From assembly GCA_043813875.1 (NCBI GenBank), contig JBDRKP010000042.1, positions 1-44,357 on the forward strand: a stretch of 44,357 nt of DNA. The letters run 5' to 3'. A program made the position numbers and the translations under genes. Below, in pieces: positions 19,854-27,819 of the stretch. The stretch is from an archaeon. GTDB lineage: Archaea; EX4484-52; B79-G9. Below the pieces are notes generated by a model. That model ran no database searches. It saw nothing but the letters and a program-made list of their open reading frames with translations, and had not been told where the DNA came from. Positions within the stretch are counted from its first letter, which is position 1; each line of letters starts with the position of its first letter.

Positions 19854-21392
19854 ATGGCTAATGTCGAGTGTGTCGCGCAGATAATCTCGGGGCGGTTCGG
19901 GGAGATTCTTGTCAGGAAGAAGTCAGGGGAGAGCCTTGAGCTCGGGGAGCTTCTGGTCGCTGAATCAAAAGATTCTTATACGCTTTTCCAGGTCTATGAC
20001 CTGAAGTACGGCTCGCAGATTCCGCAGGAGTCGCTTGAGCTGATGTCCGGGATGAATCTTGAGGGATATGGGGAGTCGCTTGAGCTGATGGAGCCGGAGC
20101 TAAGGAATTATATTCTTGCATCGCTGAAGTCTGTGGTGACTATCAGCAGGAATGTGGCGAAGACGCCAAAGAAACTGCCGGTATTCTTTTCGGGGCTTAG
20201 GATGCTCAAGAAAGAGGACCTGAATTTCCTGACCAAGCCGAACAGGCCGCTTTTTCTTGGAAATATGCGGTCAGGGTCTCGCGTGCTTCCGATCGACGTG
20301 TATCTTGACGGGGAGAGCGTCTTTACACATCATGTGCTTATACCGGCTACGACGGGCAGGGGGAAGTCGAATCTGGTACGGATCATCGCGTGGTCTGTGC
20401 TTGATGAGGATTACTGCTCGCTTCTTGTGCTGGATCCGCATGACGAGTATTACGGGAGGAATATGAAGGCGCTGAAGGATCATCCGAAGGCGCGGGAGAA
20501 GCTTGTCTATTATACGCCGAACAGCGCGCCGCCGGGGGCTATCACTCTCAAGATCAATCTCGAGTCGCTCAAGCCGCAGCATTTCGACGGGGCGATCATG
20601 TTCTCTGAGCCGCAGAAGGAGGCGCTTTACGCATATTACAATGAGTATAAGGAAGAGTGGATCACAAAGATCATTCTCAAGGAGCCGGTGCCTGTCAATT
20701 TCAGGGACGAGACGCTTGATGTGGTGGTGCGAAGGCTTCTTTATAATCTTGATCTCAAGGTCAATGAGGATGAGATCACATGCACGGGTATATTTGATAC
20801 ACAGGCGGGAAAGACGACTGCCGATGACATACTGCGCTCGCTTGAGTCTTCAAAGACGGTCATCATCGATACTTCCACGCTGCATGGGGCGCAGGAAATT
20901 CTTGTGGGGTCAATCATCGCCACAAAGGCTTTTGATACGTATAGGCATTACAGGCAGACCGGGGAGCTTCGGGATAAGCCGGTGATCTCGGTGATACTTG
21001 AGGAGGCGCCGAGGGTCATCGGGAAGGATGCGCTCAAGGCCGGAGGGAATATCTTTTCGCGGATCGCCCGCGAGGGAAGGAAGTTCAGGGTCGGACTTAC
21101 TGCCATCACGCAGCTCCCGAGCCTTATCCCAAAGGAGATCCTTGCCAATATGAATACGAAGATAATTCTTGGGATTGAGATGGCTGAGGAGCGGAGGTCT
21201 GTCATCGAGTGCGCTTCGCAGGACCTTTCTACTGATGAGCGCAATATCGCAAGCCTTGATAAGGGGGAGGCGCTTGTGACGTCCAATTTCACGAAGTTCG
21301 CGATGCCGATATATGTGCCGTTTTTTGATGAGTATATCAAGGACAAGGTCAAGAAGCCGGGTGTAAAGAAGGATTTCAGCGGGATTTTGTGA
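19854..21392 (+). CDS. herA: HerA-like DNA translocase (HAS barrel + DUF87 ATPase)
   Basis: Walker [16 protein letters not shown], Walker [21 protein letters not shown]; start placed at ATG 19854. Confidence 0.88.
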   Translation: MANVECVAQIISGRFGEILVRKKSGESLELGELLVAESKDSYTLFQVYDLKYGSQIPQESLELMSGMNLEGYGESLELMEPELRNYILASLKSVVTISRNVAKTPKKLPVFFSGLRMLKKEDLNFLTKPNRPLFLGNMRSGSRVLPIDVYLDGESVFTHHVLIPATTGRGKSNLVRIIAWSVLDEDYCSLLVLDPHDEYYGRNMKALKDHPKAREKLVYYTPNSAPPGAITLKINLESLKPQHFDGAIMFSEPQKEALYAYYNEYKEEWITKIILKEPVPVNFRDETLDVVVRRLLYNLDLKVNEDEITCTGIFDTQAGKTTADDILRSLESSKTVIIDTSTLHGAQEILVGSIIATKAFDTYRHYRQTGELRDKPVISVILEEAPRVIGKDALKAGGNIFSRIAREGRKFRVGLTAITQLPSLIPKEILANMNTKIILGIEMAEERRSVIECASQDLSTDERNIASLDKGEALVTSNFTKFAMPIYVPFFDEYIKDKVKKPGVKKDFSGIL

Positions 21393-22491
21393 AGTTGAGC
21401 AATCCTGCTACGAAGCCTGCTACGTAGCCGTCGCCTGCGCCGACTGACATGCCGTCGCCAATGTATTTTATGCCCGGGACCCATGAGATACTGTAGCCGG
21501 TATTGTTTGTGATCTCTTCTTTGTGGAGTTCTATAATCCTAAATTGTTTTCTTAATTCTTTCTGGCCCATGTATCTTCCGGTGATGTAGCGCGCGCTCCC
21601 TTCAAGGTGGCCGAGGACCTGGGCTTTTTCTATGCCTTGACATGGTTTCTTTGAGAGGGCGAGGCTTCCTTTGAGTGTGTGGATGAGCAGTATCGATGAG
21701 GGCTTCATGCAGTGCCTGTGGTAGGCGGCTGCGCCTTCGACGATGCCTGTGACGCCGGTCATCGCTTTTAGTTCTACTTCGTTCATGCCTACGATGTCGG
21801 CGTGTTTTGATACTTTCCTGCAGTTGTCTTCTGCCATGCGGGAGCCGGAGCCAAGTTCTATGTAGAGCTTTGATTTTTTTGAGATGTTCTTAACTCTTTT
21901 TAATAATTCTTTCTGGACGGATTCTTTCTTCGCGTCTAGGTGGGCGCCGGAATATACTGCAAAATCGCTTTCATTATCTACAAAATCGACAAGTTCCGGC
22001 TCTTCTGTGCCGTAGTCGGGCGAGATTATGAACCTGTCGCCGTCTTCTTTTACCTGCACTATGAGGTGGTGGGCGGCTTCGTCTAATGAGGAGTTCACTG
22101 TGCTGACGCCGGCGGATTTCAGTTGTTTTATCATGTCTTTTGTCGCTCTTTTTACGTTGAGGTCCGTGATGTTGCCGAGTGATGTGAGGCCGAGCGATAT
22201 GTTGGTGGAGTTGCCGCCAAGTATTACTTTTTCTTTTAGAGGGATGTCTTTTAGCCTTGTTATGGCTTCGTTTATGAGATGGATGTCGCGGTTGTATTCG
22301 CGGTAGGACTGGCTTTTGAGGGCGCGGGAGGCGATTTCGTCAAAGACGGGGTTGATTTTCATGTTTGCTAAATGCTCTTTTGAGATGCTGAAGACGTCGT
22401 CGTAGTTCGCGATGCCGTATACGGCTATCTTTTTCGGGTTGAGGGCGGTTTTCAGGACTATCCTGTATAGTGCGAGGTTATCTTTTGCCAT
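21376..22491 (-). CDS. ADP-dependent glucokinase/phosphofructokinase family protein
   Basis: AN.D, LGGN, DRFI, SGAH, YIEL, GMNEVEL, IHT, SVGAGD anion-hole motif. Confidence 0.75.
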   Translation of the reverse strand: MAKDNLALYRIVLKTALNPKKIAVYGIANYDDVFSISKEHLANMKINPVFDEIASRALKSQSYREYNRDIHLINEAITRLKDIPLKEKVILGGNSTNISLGLTSLGNITDLNVKRATKDMIKQLKSAGVSTVNSSLDEAAHHLIVQVKEDGDRFIISPDYGTEEPELVDFVDNESDFAVYSGAHLDAKKESVQKELLKRVKNISKKSKLYIELGSGSRMAEDNCRKVSKHADIVGMNEVELKAMTGVTGIVEGAAAYHRHCMKPSSILLIHTLKGSLALSKKPCQGIEKAQVLGHLEGSARYITGRYMGQKELRKQFRIIELHKEEITNNTGYSISWVPGIKYIGDGMSVGAGDGYVAGFVAGLLNFTKSR

Positions 22492-22640
22492 AGGCTATTT
22501 ATCGACGATAAAGTATATATGTGTTAAAACAGAGTCGCATGGACAATGATTTTTTGTATCATAGAGGGTTTATGGCTGTAAAAAGACTCATATATATTTA
22601 AAAGTTTCGATGTCATATTAGAATAATTCTTTATATTACC

Positions 22641-22775
22641 GGTCCCGTAGCTCAGCTGGTTAGAGCGTTGGTCTTATATGACGCGCAGGTAATGCCTGTG
22701 TCTCGATAACCACTTGTGTTATCGGCTTTCGGCTAAGACAGCCAAAGGTCCTGGGTTCAAATCCCAGCGGGACCA
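22641..22775 (+). tRNA. tRNA-Ile(UAU) with 61-nt intron (22679-22739) at position 37/38
   Basis: Acceptor GGTCCCG/CGGGACC+A; D arm GCTC/GAGC; anticodon stem TTGGT/GCCAA with loop CT-TAT-A^A; T loop GTTCAAATC; BHB central helix CTTA/TAAG; no encoded CCA. Confidence 0.92.
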
Positions 22776-22811
22776 CTATTTTCTATTTTTATGCAGGAAA
22801 TATTGAAAAAA

Positions 22812-23081
22812 CTAGTTCTGTTGATATATTTTGTCGTGATGATCATAATCCAGGAAAACAACAAGTCCATCATTTTCTCTGATTGAAAAAGTAAGCACAA
22901 ATGAATCGATATGAACTCTCCTTATACCTTTCATGCTATATCTGAGCGGTTTGTATGTAGAAGGATCAAGGGCAATTTCATTCATTTTTTTGATAATTCG
23001 CTCATATTGTTTTTTGTCCTTTTTCAGCAATTTGGTTAATTTCCTCTCCAGTGAGGGCTGAAGCAGTATATGATATGGCAT
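22812..23081 (-). CDS. Type II toxin, RelE/ParE (StbE/YafQ-like) family
   Basis: 89 aa basic; KL.KKD...I..K..EI..DP..YKPLR..MKG.RRVHI.SFVL.F, DYDHHDKIY. Confidence 0.88.
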   Translation of the reverse strand: MPYHILLQPSLERKLTKLLKKDKKQYERIIKKMNEIALDPSTYKPLRYSMKGIRRVHIDSFVLTFSIRENDGLVVFLDYDHHDKIYQQN

Positions 23082-23097
23082 AACGTATCGCCACTCT

Positions 23098-23325
23098 TTA
23101 TTCGACTCCAGCTTTTTGCTTTAAATATTTGTCCATATCAGCAATAGTTTTAAATTTTCGTCCCTTCTGCTTTTGGATGCGTTCCAGCTTGCGCAGATAC
23201 GCAGGATTTACATCCCTGTGCAAGTCATGATCTATTTCATTCATTGTTTGCTCAATGACGTTCATTTTTGTCATTAAAAGTGATACATCACCAGCTACTT
23301 TTTTTAGAAGCTCAGATTCAGCCAT
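23098..23325 (-). CDS. Putative antitoxin (coiled coil + VNPAYLRKL motif)
   Basis: Small gene directly upstream of the RelE-type toxin; SD GGTGG before ATG 23325. Confidence 0.7.
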   Translation of the reverse strand: MAESELLKKVAGDVSLLMTKMNVIEQTMNEIDHDLHRDVNPAYLRKLERIQKQKGRKFKTIADMDKYLKQKAGVE

Positions 23326-23384
23326 TTTACCACCAATCATTATTTCGTATTAATCATTAAAAAGCTTATAGGCCATTCCAGTAT

Positions 23385-23672
23385 TCATCCGTCTCTGCCC
23401 AGTTCTTTTTTTGCGTGATATTCCTTTGCCTGTTTCGGATAGTATATCCAGCCGATTTTGCTCTCGGAGTCAATGGATATCTTTCTCGAATACAAGAGAT
23501 AGTCAATTATGACGCAATAAGTCTGGTACATCATCCTTTTGGGGAGGGATTCCCAAAGCTTACTCTTTTTGAATTCGCCATCATGTTCCTTTATAAATTC
23601 CTCTACCATCAGCACAGTATCCAGACGCGGGTATCTCAAAATGTTGTCTTTGTTCATTAATTCTGTTTCCAT
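23385..23672 (-). CDS. Small conserved-type archaeal hypothetical protein (probable winged helix)
   Basis: YPRLDTVLMVEEFI...LW..LPKRMMYQTY.VII.YL..S.KI......I.W. Confidence 0.75.
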   Translation of the reverse strand: METELMNKDNILRYPRLDTVLMVEEFIKEHDGEFKKSKLWESLPKRMMYQTYCVIIDYLLYSRKISIDSESKIGWIYYPKQAKEYHAKKELGRDG

Positions 23673-23910
23673 GTTATATCTATTGATATAATAAATATTT
23701 AAAGATTTATACTAACCTCGTTATAAAAATTGGAATCAATTGATTGTGTAACTAAGTGAACTGATTTTGTATGGGTCTCGGCGGGACCACTAGTATTCTA
23801 GTTCACTTACTTCTGATAATGTGGGGTTTAAACTCTGAAAATCTTCACAAACTCATCAGAAACATACAGATAACTTCAAATAGTTTCATCTACTATTGTA
23901 TGATTTATTG

Positions 23911-25209
23911 ATGACTATCATGGTGCCAAAAAAATTTCTTTTTGTAACGCTTGAAAACCTATGCGGAGACCTTGCATGGCATATCTTAAAAGAGGGACAT
24001 GAGGTCAAATACTATACGCAGGATTCTGGAGAAAGAGAGGTCGCAACCGGATTCATCACTATGGTCGATGACTGGGAGAAGGAAGTCGACTGGGCTGATG
24101 TCATCGTCTTTGATGATGTACTGGGGCAGGGCACGAAAGCCAAGAAACTCAGGGATCAGGGTAAATTCGTTGTCGGAGGCACGCCTTATACTGACAGACT
24201 CGAAGATGACAGGGCGTTCGGTCAGAATGAGCTTAAAAAGGTGGGTATCCCGATTGTCCATTACAAGGATTTTACTTCTTTTGATGAGGCAATCATTTAT
24301 GTCAAGGAACATCCTATGAAATATGTCATCAAACCGAGCGGGGAAGCGCAGAATCTCAAAGGGCTGCTTTTTATCGGCGAGGAGGAGGATGGCAGGGATG
24401 TCATACAGGTACTGAATGATTATAAAAACGCATGGGCCCACAAGATACCGCTGTTCCAGCTGCAGAAAAGAATCGGAGGCGTTGAGGTTGCTGTCGGAGC
24501 TTTCTTCAACGGGAAGCAGTTCATATATCCCATAAATGTGAATTTCGAGCATAAGAAACTGTTCCCGGGAAATCTTGGCCCGTCGACCGGTGAAATGGGC
24601 ACAGCTATGTTCTGGAGCGGGCCGAACAAGATATTCAACATGACACTTAAGAAGATGGAGAAGAAGCTTGCCGAAGAAGGCTATGTCGGTTATATCGATA
24701 TCAATTGCATTGTCAATAATCACGGCATATATCCGCTCGAGTGGACTTCGCGTTTCGGGTATCCGACCATCAGCATACAGATGGAGGGGATGAGCACACC
24801 TATCGGCGAGTTCCTTTATGATCTTGCGAGGGGTGCGACGCCGAAGCTTAAGGTGAAGCAGGGCTTCCAGATCGGGGTGAGGATTGTCGTGCCGCCGTTC
24901 CCGTTCACAGATAAGGAAACTTTTGAGGTCAAGTCAAAGGATTCGGTCATACATTTCAAGAAGCCGACCGACGGGGTGCATATAGAGGATGTGAAGCTTG
25001 TCAATGGCGAGTGGGTTGTCACGGGTACGGCCGGTGTCGTGCTTATCGTGTGCGGGACGGGCCTTACTATGAAGCAGGCGCAGGCGCAGGTCTATTCACG
25101 CATCAAGAATATCAGCATACCTCATATGTATTACAGGGACGATATCGGTGACCGGTGGTTCGAGGACAGCGACAAGCTGCACAGCTGGGGATACCTGCGC
25201 GAGATGTAG
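23911..25209 (+). CDS. PurD-like ATP-grasp ligase (phosphoribosylamine--glycine ligase family, divergent)
   Basis: LEDDR.FG, YVIKP, EHKKLFPGNLGPSTGEMG, LEWTSRFGYP, YYRDDIG; lacks the canonical N-terminal GSGGREH. Confidence 0.8.
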   Translation: MTIMVPKKFLFVTLENLCGDLAWHILKEGHEVKYYTQDSGEREVATGFITMVDDWEKEVDWADVIVFDDVLGQGTKAKKLRDQGKFVVGGTPYTDRLEDDRAFGQNELKKVGIPIVHYKDFTSFDEAIIYVKEHPMKYVIKPSGEAQNLKGLLFIGEEEDGRDVIQVLNDYKNAWAHKIPLFQLQKRIGGVEVAVGAFFNGKQFIYPINVNFEHKKLFPGNLGPSTGEMGTAMFWSGPNKIFNMTLKKMEKKLAEEGYVGYIDINCIVNNHGIYPLEWTSRFGYPTISIQMEGMSTPIGEFLYDLARGATPKLKVKQGFQIGVRIVVPPFPFTDKETFEVKSKDSVIHFKKPTDGVHIEDVKLVNGEWVVTGTAGVVLIVCGTGLTMKQAQAQVYSRIKNISIPHMYYRDDIGDRWFEDSDKLHSWGYLREM

Positions 25210-25260
25210 GTCATTGATGCTTCTTTTTTCTGATCATGAAAGAAAATTTCTGCTGGTCTG

Positions 25261-25788
25261 ATGATTGTTATGATACCAAAATTCCATGAAATTACAGCCG
25301 ATAAATTCGGCAGGTATGAGAAACAGATATTGCGCTCAGAGGAGATCTTTCCTGAACAAATAAGGACATCAAGGGAGGATTATATGGGAATCCTCATGAG
25401 TGAGAATTCTATCGCTCTTGTCGCCACTATTGATTCCAAATATATCGGGAATATCATCGGATGCCCGATTACTGAAGAAGATATGGCGGAGTATGAGATT
25501 GATTTGGGGATTGATAGAGAAAAGATTCTTTATGTGTATAACATCGTCATTGATAATGCCTTCCAAGGCAGGGGATATGGCCATGAAATGATGAAGGAGT
25601 TTATCAGAATCGCAAAGATGAGGGGCTATGAGGTGCTTGCCGGCCATTTTCGGAAATACCGGTCGGAGTCGCTTATCAGGAAGTTCGGCGCTGTCGCCAA
25701 AAAGACATATGCCAACTGGGATAAATCCGGCGAGGAGTATATTTTGTGCGTCCTTGATCTTCGAAATGTGAAAGATCTGAGAGACTGA
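25261..25788 (+). CDS. GNAT family N-acetyltransferase
   Basis: LYVYNIVID..FQGRGYG motif A. Confidence 0.85.
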   Translation: MIVMIPKFHEITADKFGRYEKQILRSEEIFPEQIRTSREDYMGILMSENSIALVATIDSKYIGNIIGCPITEEDMAEYEIDLGIDREKILYVYNIVIDNAFQGRGYGHEMMKEFIRIAKMRGYEVLAGHFRKYRSESLIRKFGAVAKKTYANWDKSGEEYILCVLDLRNVKDLRD

Positions 25789-25797
25789 TTGTGTCGT

Positions 25798-26934
25798 TCA
25801 GGATGCATAGCTCTTGATGCGTTTCTGTGTCCAGCCGTTGAGTTTCAGGAAGGGTTCTGCGCGCTTCAGGATCATCCCGGTATTTTTCAGTTCGCGCCGT
25901 CTTGTCAACGGGGACTTTTTGCGCGCGAGGATTATTTTTTTTGCGCTGAGTTCACCAATCCCGGGGACGCGGATGAGTTCAGAGTATGTTGCGCTGTTTA
26001 TGTCAAGGGGCTTTTTTATCTGATTTTCTGCGATCAACAGTTTCGGGTCTCTTCTTTTCAGGTTGCCTTCACTGGTGAGTATTTCTTTTATGTCTTTGAG
26101 CTTGTAGCCGTATTTCCTTAAAAGGAAGTCTGTATTGTATAGACGTATTTCTCTATATTCTGGTGTCTTTTCCCTGTTTTCGAGGGCTGTGTGCCTGCAG
26201 GGCGTGAATGCGCTGAAGTAGCCTCTTTTCAGATTCATGCAATTGTATCCGTAGTCCAGTGTCTTGAGTATCTCAAGGTCTGTCTCACCGGCGGCGCCTA
26301 CGACGAACTGGGTCGTGTGGCCGTGGGGCAGGTCCATGCGGCTCAGCCATCTTTGCCTTCTTATGATGTCTATATTATAGTCTTTTGTTGTTGACAAGGT
26401 GGATAAGTGGTCTTTTGTCGGGGCCTCAAGGTTTATGCTTAGCCGCTGTACAAGCGATGACGCTCTCTTTATCGTGCCGTAGCTTGAGCCGGGGAGGACT
26501 TTTAAGTGTATGTAGCCGTCGAATCTGTGTGCGTAGCGTATAAGCTCCACGGCCTTCAGCATGTCTTCCATGATGATATCGGGGTCTTTCGGGATTGCTG
26601 AGCTTAGGAAAAGACCTTCGACGAGGTTCATCTTGTAGAGCCTCATGAATGTCTTTGCGAGTTCGGCGGGAGTGTATGTTGATTTTTTCTCTTTTCTTGT
26701 GTTGATGCAATATTTGCAGTCAAATGAGCAGGCGTTTGTGTAGAGGGTCTTGAAGAGGAGGCAGCCTTGATTGTTGTTTTTGGCGCGGTAGATTGCGCCA
26801 AGGTCCGGGTCATGGGAGGGGCCGCATGTGTCGTGGCGATTGGCTTTCAGGAGGGTGTTGATTTTTGTTTCGCCTGCTGATTCACGGTCGAAGAATGTCG
26901 TTTCTTTATCGGAGAGGATTTTTTGGGCTGTCAT
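25798..26934 (-). CDS. Putative DNA modification/repair radical SAM protein with C-terminal helix-hairpin-helix
   Basis: TNACSFDCKYC, GLFLSS, GYIHLK, RLSINLE, TQFVVGA.GETD, RE.RLY..DFL.R.YG, DINSA...L.RVPGIG. Confidence 0.9.
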   Translation of the reverse strand: MTAQKILSDKETTFFDRESAGETKINTLLKANRHDTCGPSHDPDLGAIYRAKNNNQGCLLFKTLYTNACSFDCKYCINTRKEKKSTYTPAELAKTFMRLYKMNLVEGLFLSSAIPKDPDIIMEDMLKAVELIRYAHRFDGYIHLKVLPGSSYGTIKRASSLVQRLSINLEAPTKDHLSTLSTTKDYNIDIIRRQRWLSRMDLPHGHTTQFVVGAAGETDLEILKTLDYGYNCMNLKRGYFSAFTPCRHTALENREKTPEYREIRLYNTDFLLRKYGYKLKDIKEILTSEGNLKRRDPKLLIAENQIKKPLDINSATYSELIRVPGIGELSAKKIILARKKSPLTRRRELKNTGMILKRAEPFLKLNGWTQKRIKSYAS

Positions 26935-27053
26935 GAGAGGTTTTTGGCGAATCCTGCTTAAAAGTTCTTGGGGATGATAGGTTGCCGATAGAAATATATG
27001 TAACTACCGTAAAGTATTTAATATTATGGGCGCTTTGTAGAATCAGTGATATC

Positions 27054-27800
27054 ATGGCTAAAATCATTGGCGTAGTTTCCGGTAAAGGCGGTGTCGGCAA
27101 GACCGTCTCTTCGCTTAATATCGCTCTTGCGCTCCATGAGTTCGGGGAGAATGTCGTGGTTGTCGACGGAGATACGACTGCTTCTACGATGGGGCTGCAT
27201 CTTGGGCTTTATGTTTTTCCTAATAAGCTGCAGGATGTCCTGAACGGGGAGATAGGGATTGACCGTGCTATATACATGCACCAGACGGGACTGAGATATA
27301 TCCCTTCGTCTATTGATCTTGAGTCGCTCGGCTCGGATGTCTCGAAGATGAAGCTCGCTTTGAGCAAGCTTGAAGGGATTGTGATTCTTGATGCGCCGGC
27401 TGGTCTTGATAAGGATTCGCTTGCTATCCTTGATGCCTGCGATGAGGTCATCGTTGTGACGAACCCGGAGCTTCCGACGGTCACTAATGCTGTCAAAGTG
27501 GCAAGGATTGCGGCTGATATGAAAAAAAATGTTTTCGGGGTTGTGCTTACGAGGGTCAAGGGCACTGAGTGGGAGCTTACTGCCAGTGATGTCGAGATGA
27601 TGTGCGAGCTGCCGCTTCTTGCGATCATCCCTGAGGATCTGAATGTGAAGAGGAGCATCTTTGAGAAGGTGCCTATTGTTGCGCATTGCCCTTATTCCCC
27701 TGCGGCGATCGAGTATAAGAAGCTTGCGGCGCGGCTGGTCGGGAAGACTTATGAGGCGCCGAAGAATCTTGGGATCAAAAGGTTTCTTGGGTTGATCTGA
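27054..27800 (+). CDS. minD: MinD/ParA-family ATPase (archaeal MinD)
   Basis: SGKGGVGKT deviant Walker A, VDGD, LDAPAG, VTNPE, IPED..V. Confidence 0.88.
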   Translation: MAKIIGVVSGKGGVGKTVSSLNIALALHEFGENVVVVDGDTTASTMGLHLGLYVFPNKLQDVLNGEIGIDRAIYMHQTGLRYIPSSIDLESLGSDVSKMKLALSKLEGIVILDAPAGLDKDSLAILDACDEVIVVTNPELPTVTNAVKVARIAADMKKNVFGVVLTRVKGTEWELTASDVEMMCELPLLAIIPEDLNVKRSIFEKVPIVAHCPYSPAAIEYKKLAARLVGKTYEAPKNLGIKRFLGLI

Positions 27801-27819
27801 TCCAAATTTTGAATAGTCT

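Larger units (their letters stand above)
22767..23792. mobile_element. tRNA-integrated ~1-kb islet bounded by a 12-bp direct repeat of the tRNA 3' end
   Basis: GCGGGACCACTA at 22767-22778 and 23781-23792, each followed by a similar ..TTCTA; encloses AT-rich TA genes; no integrase. Confidence 0.65.
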
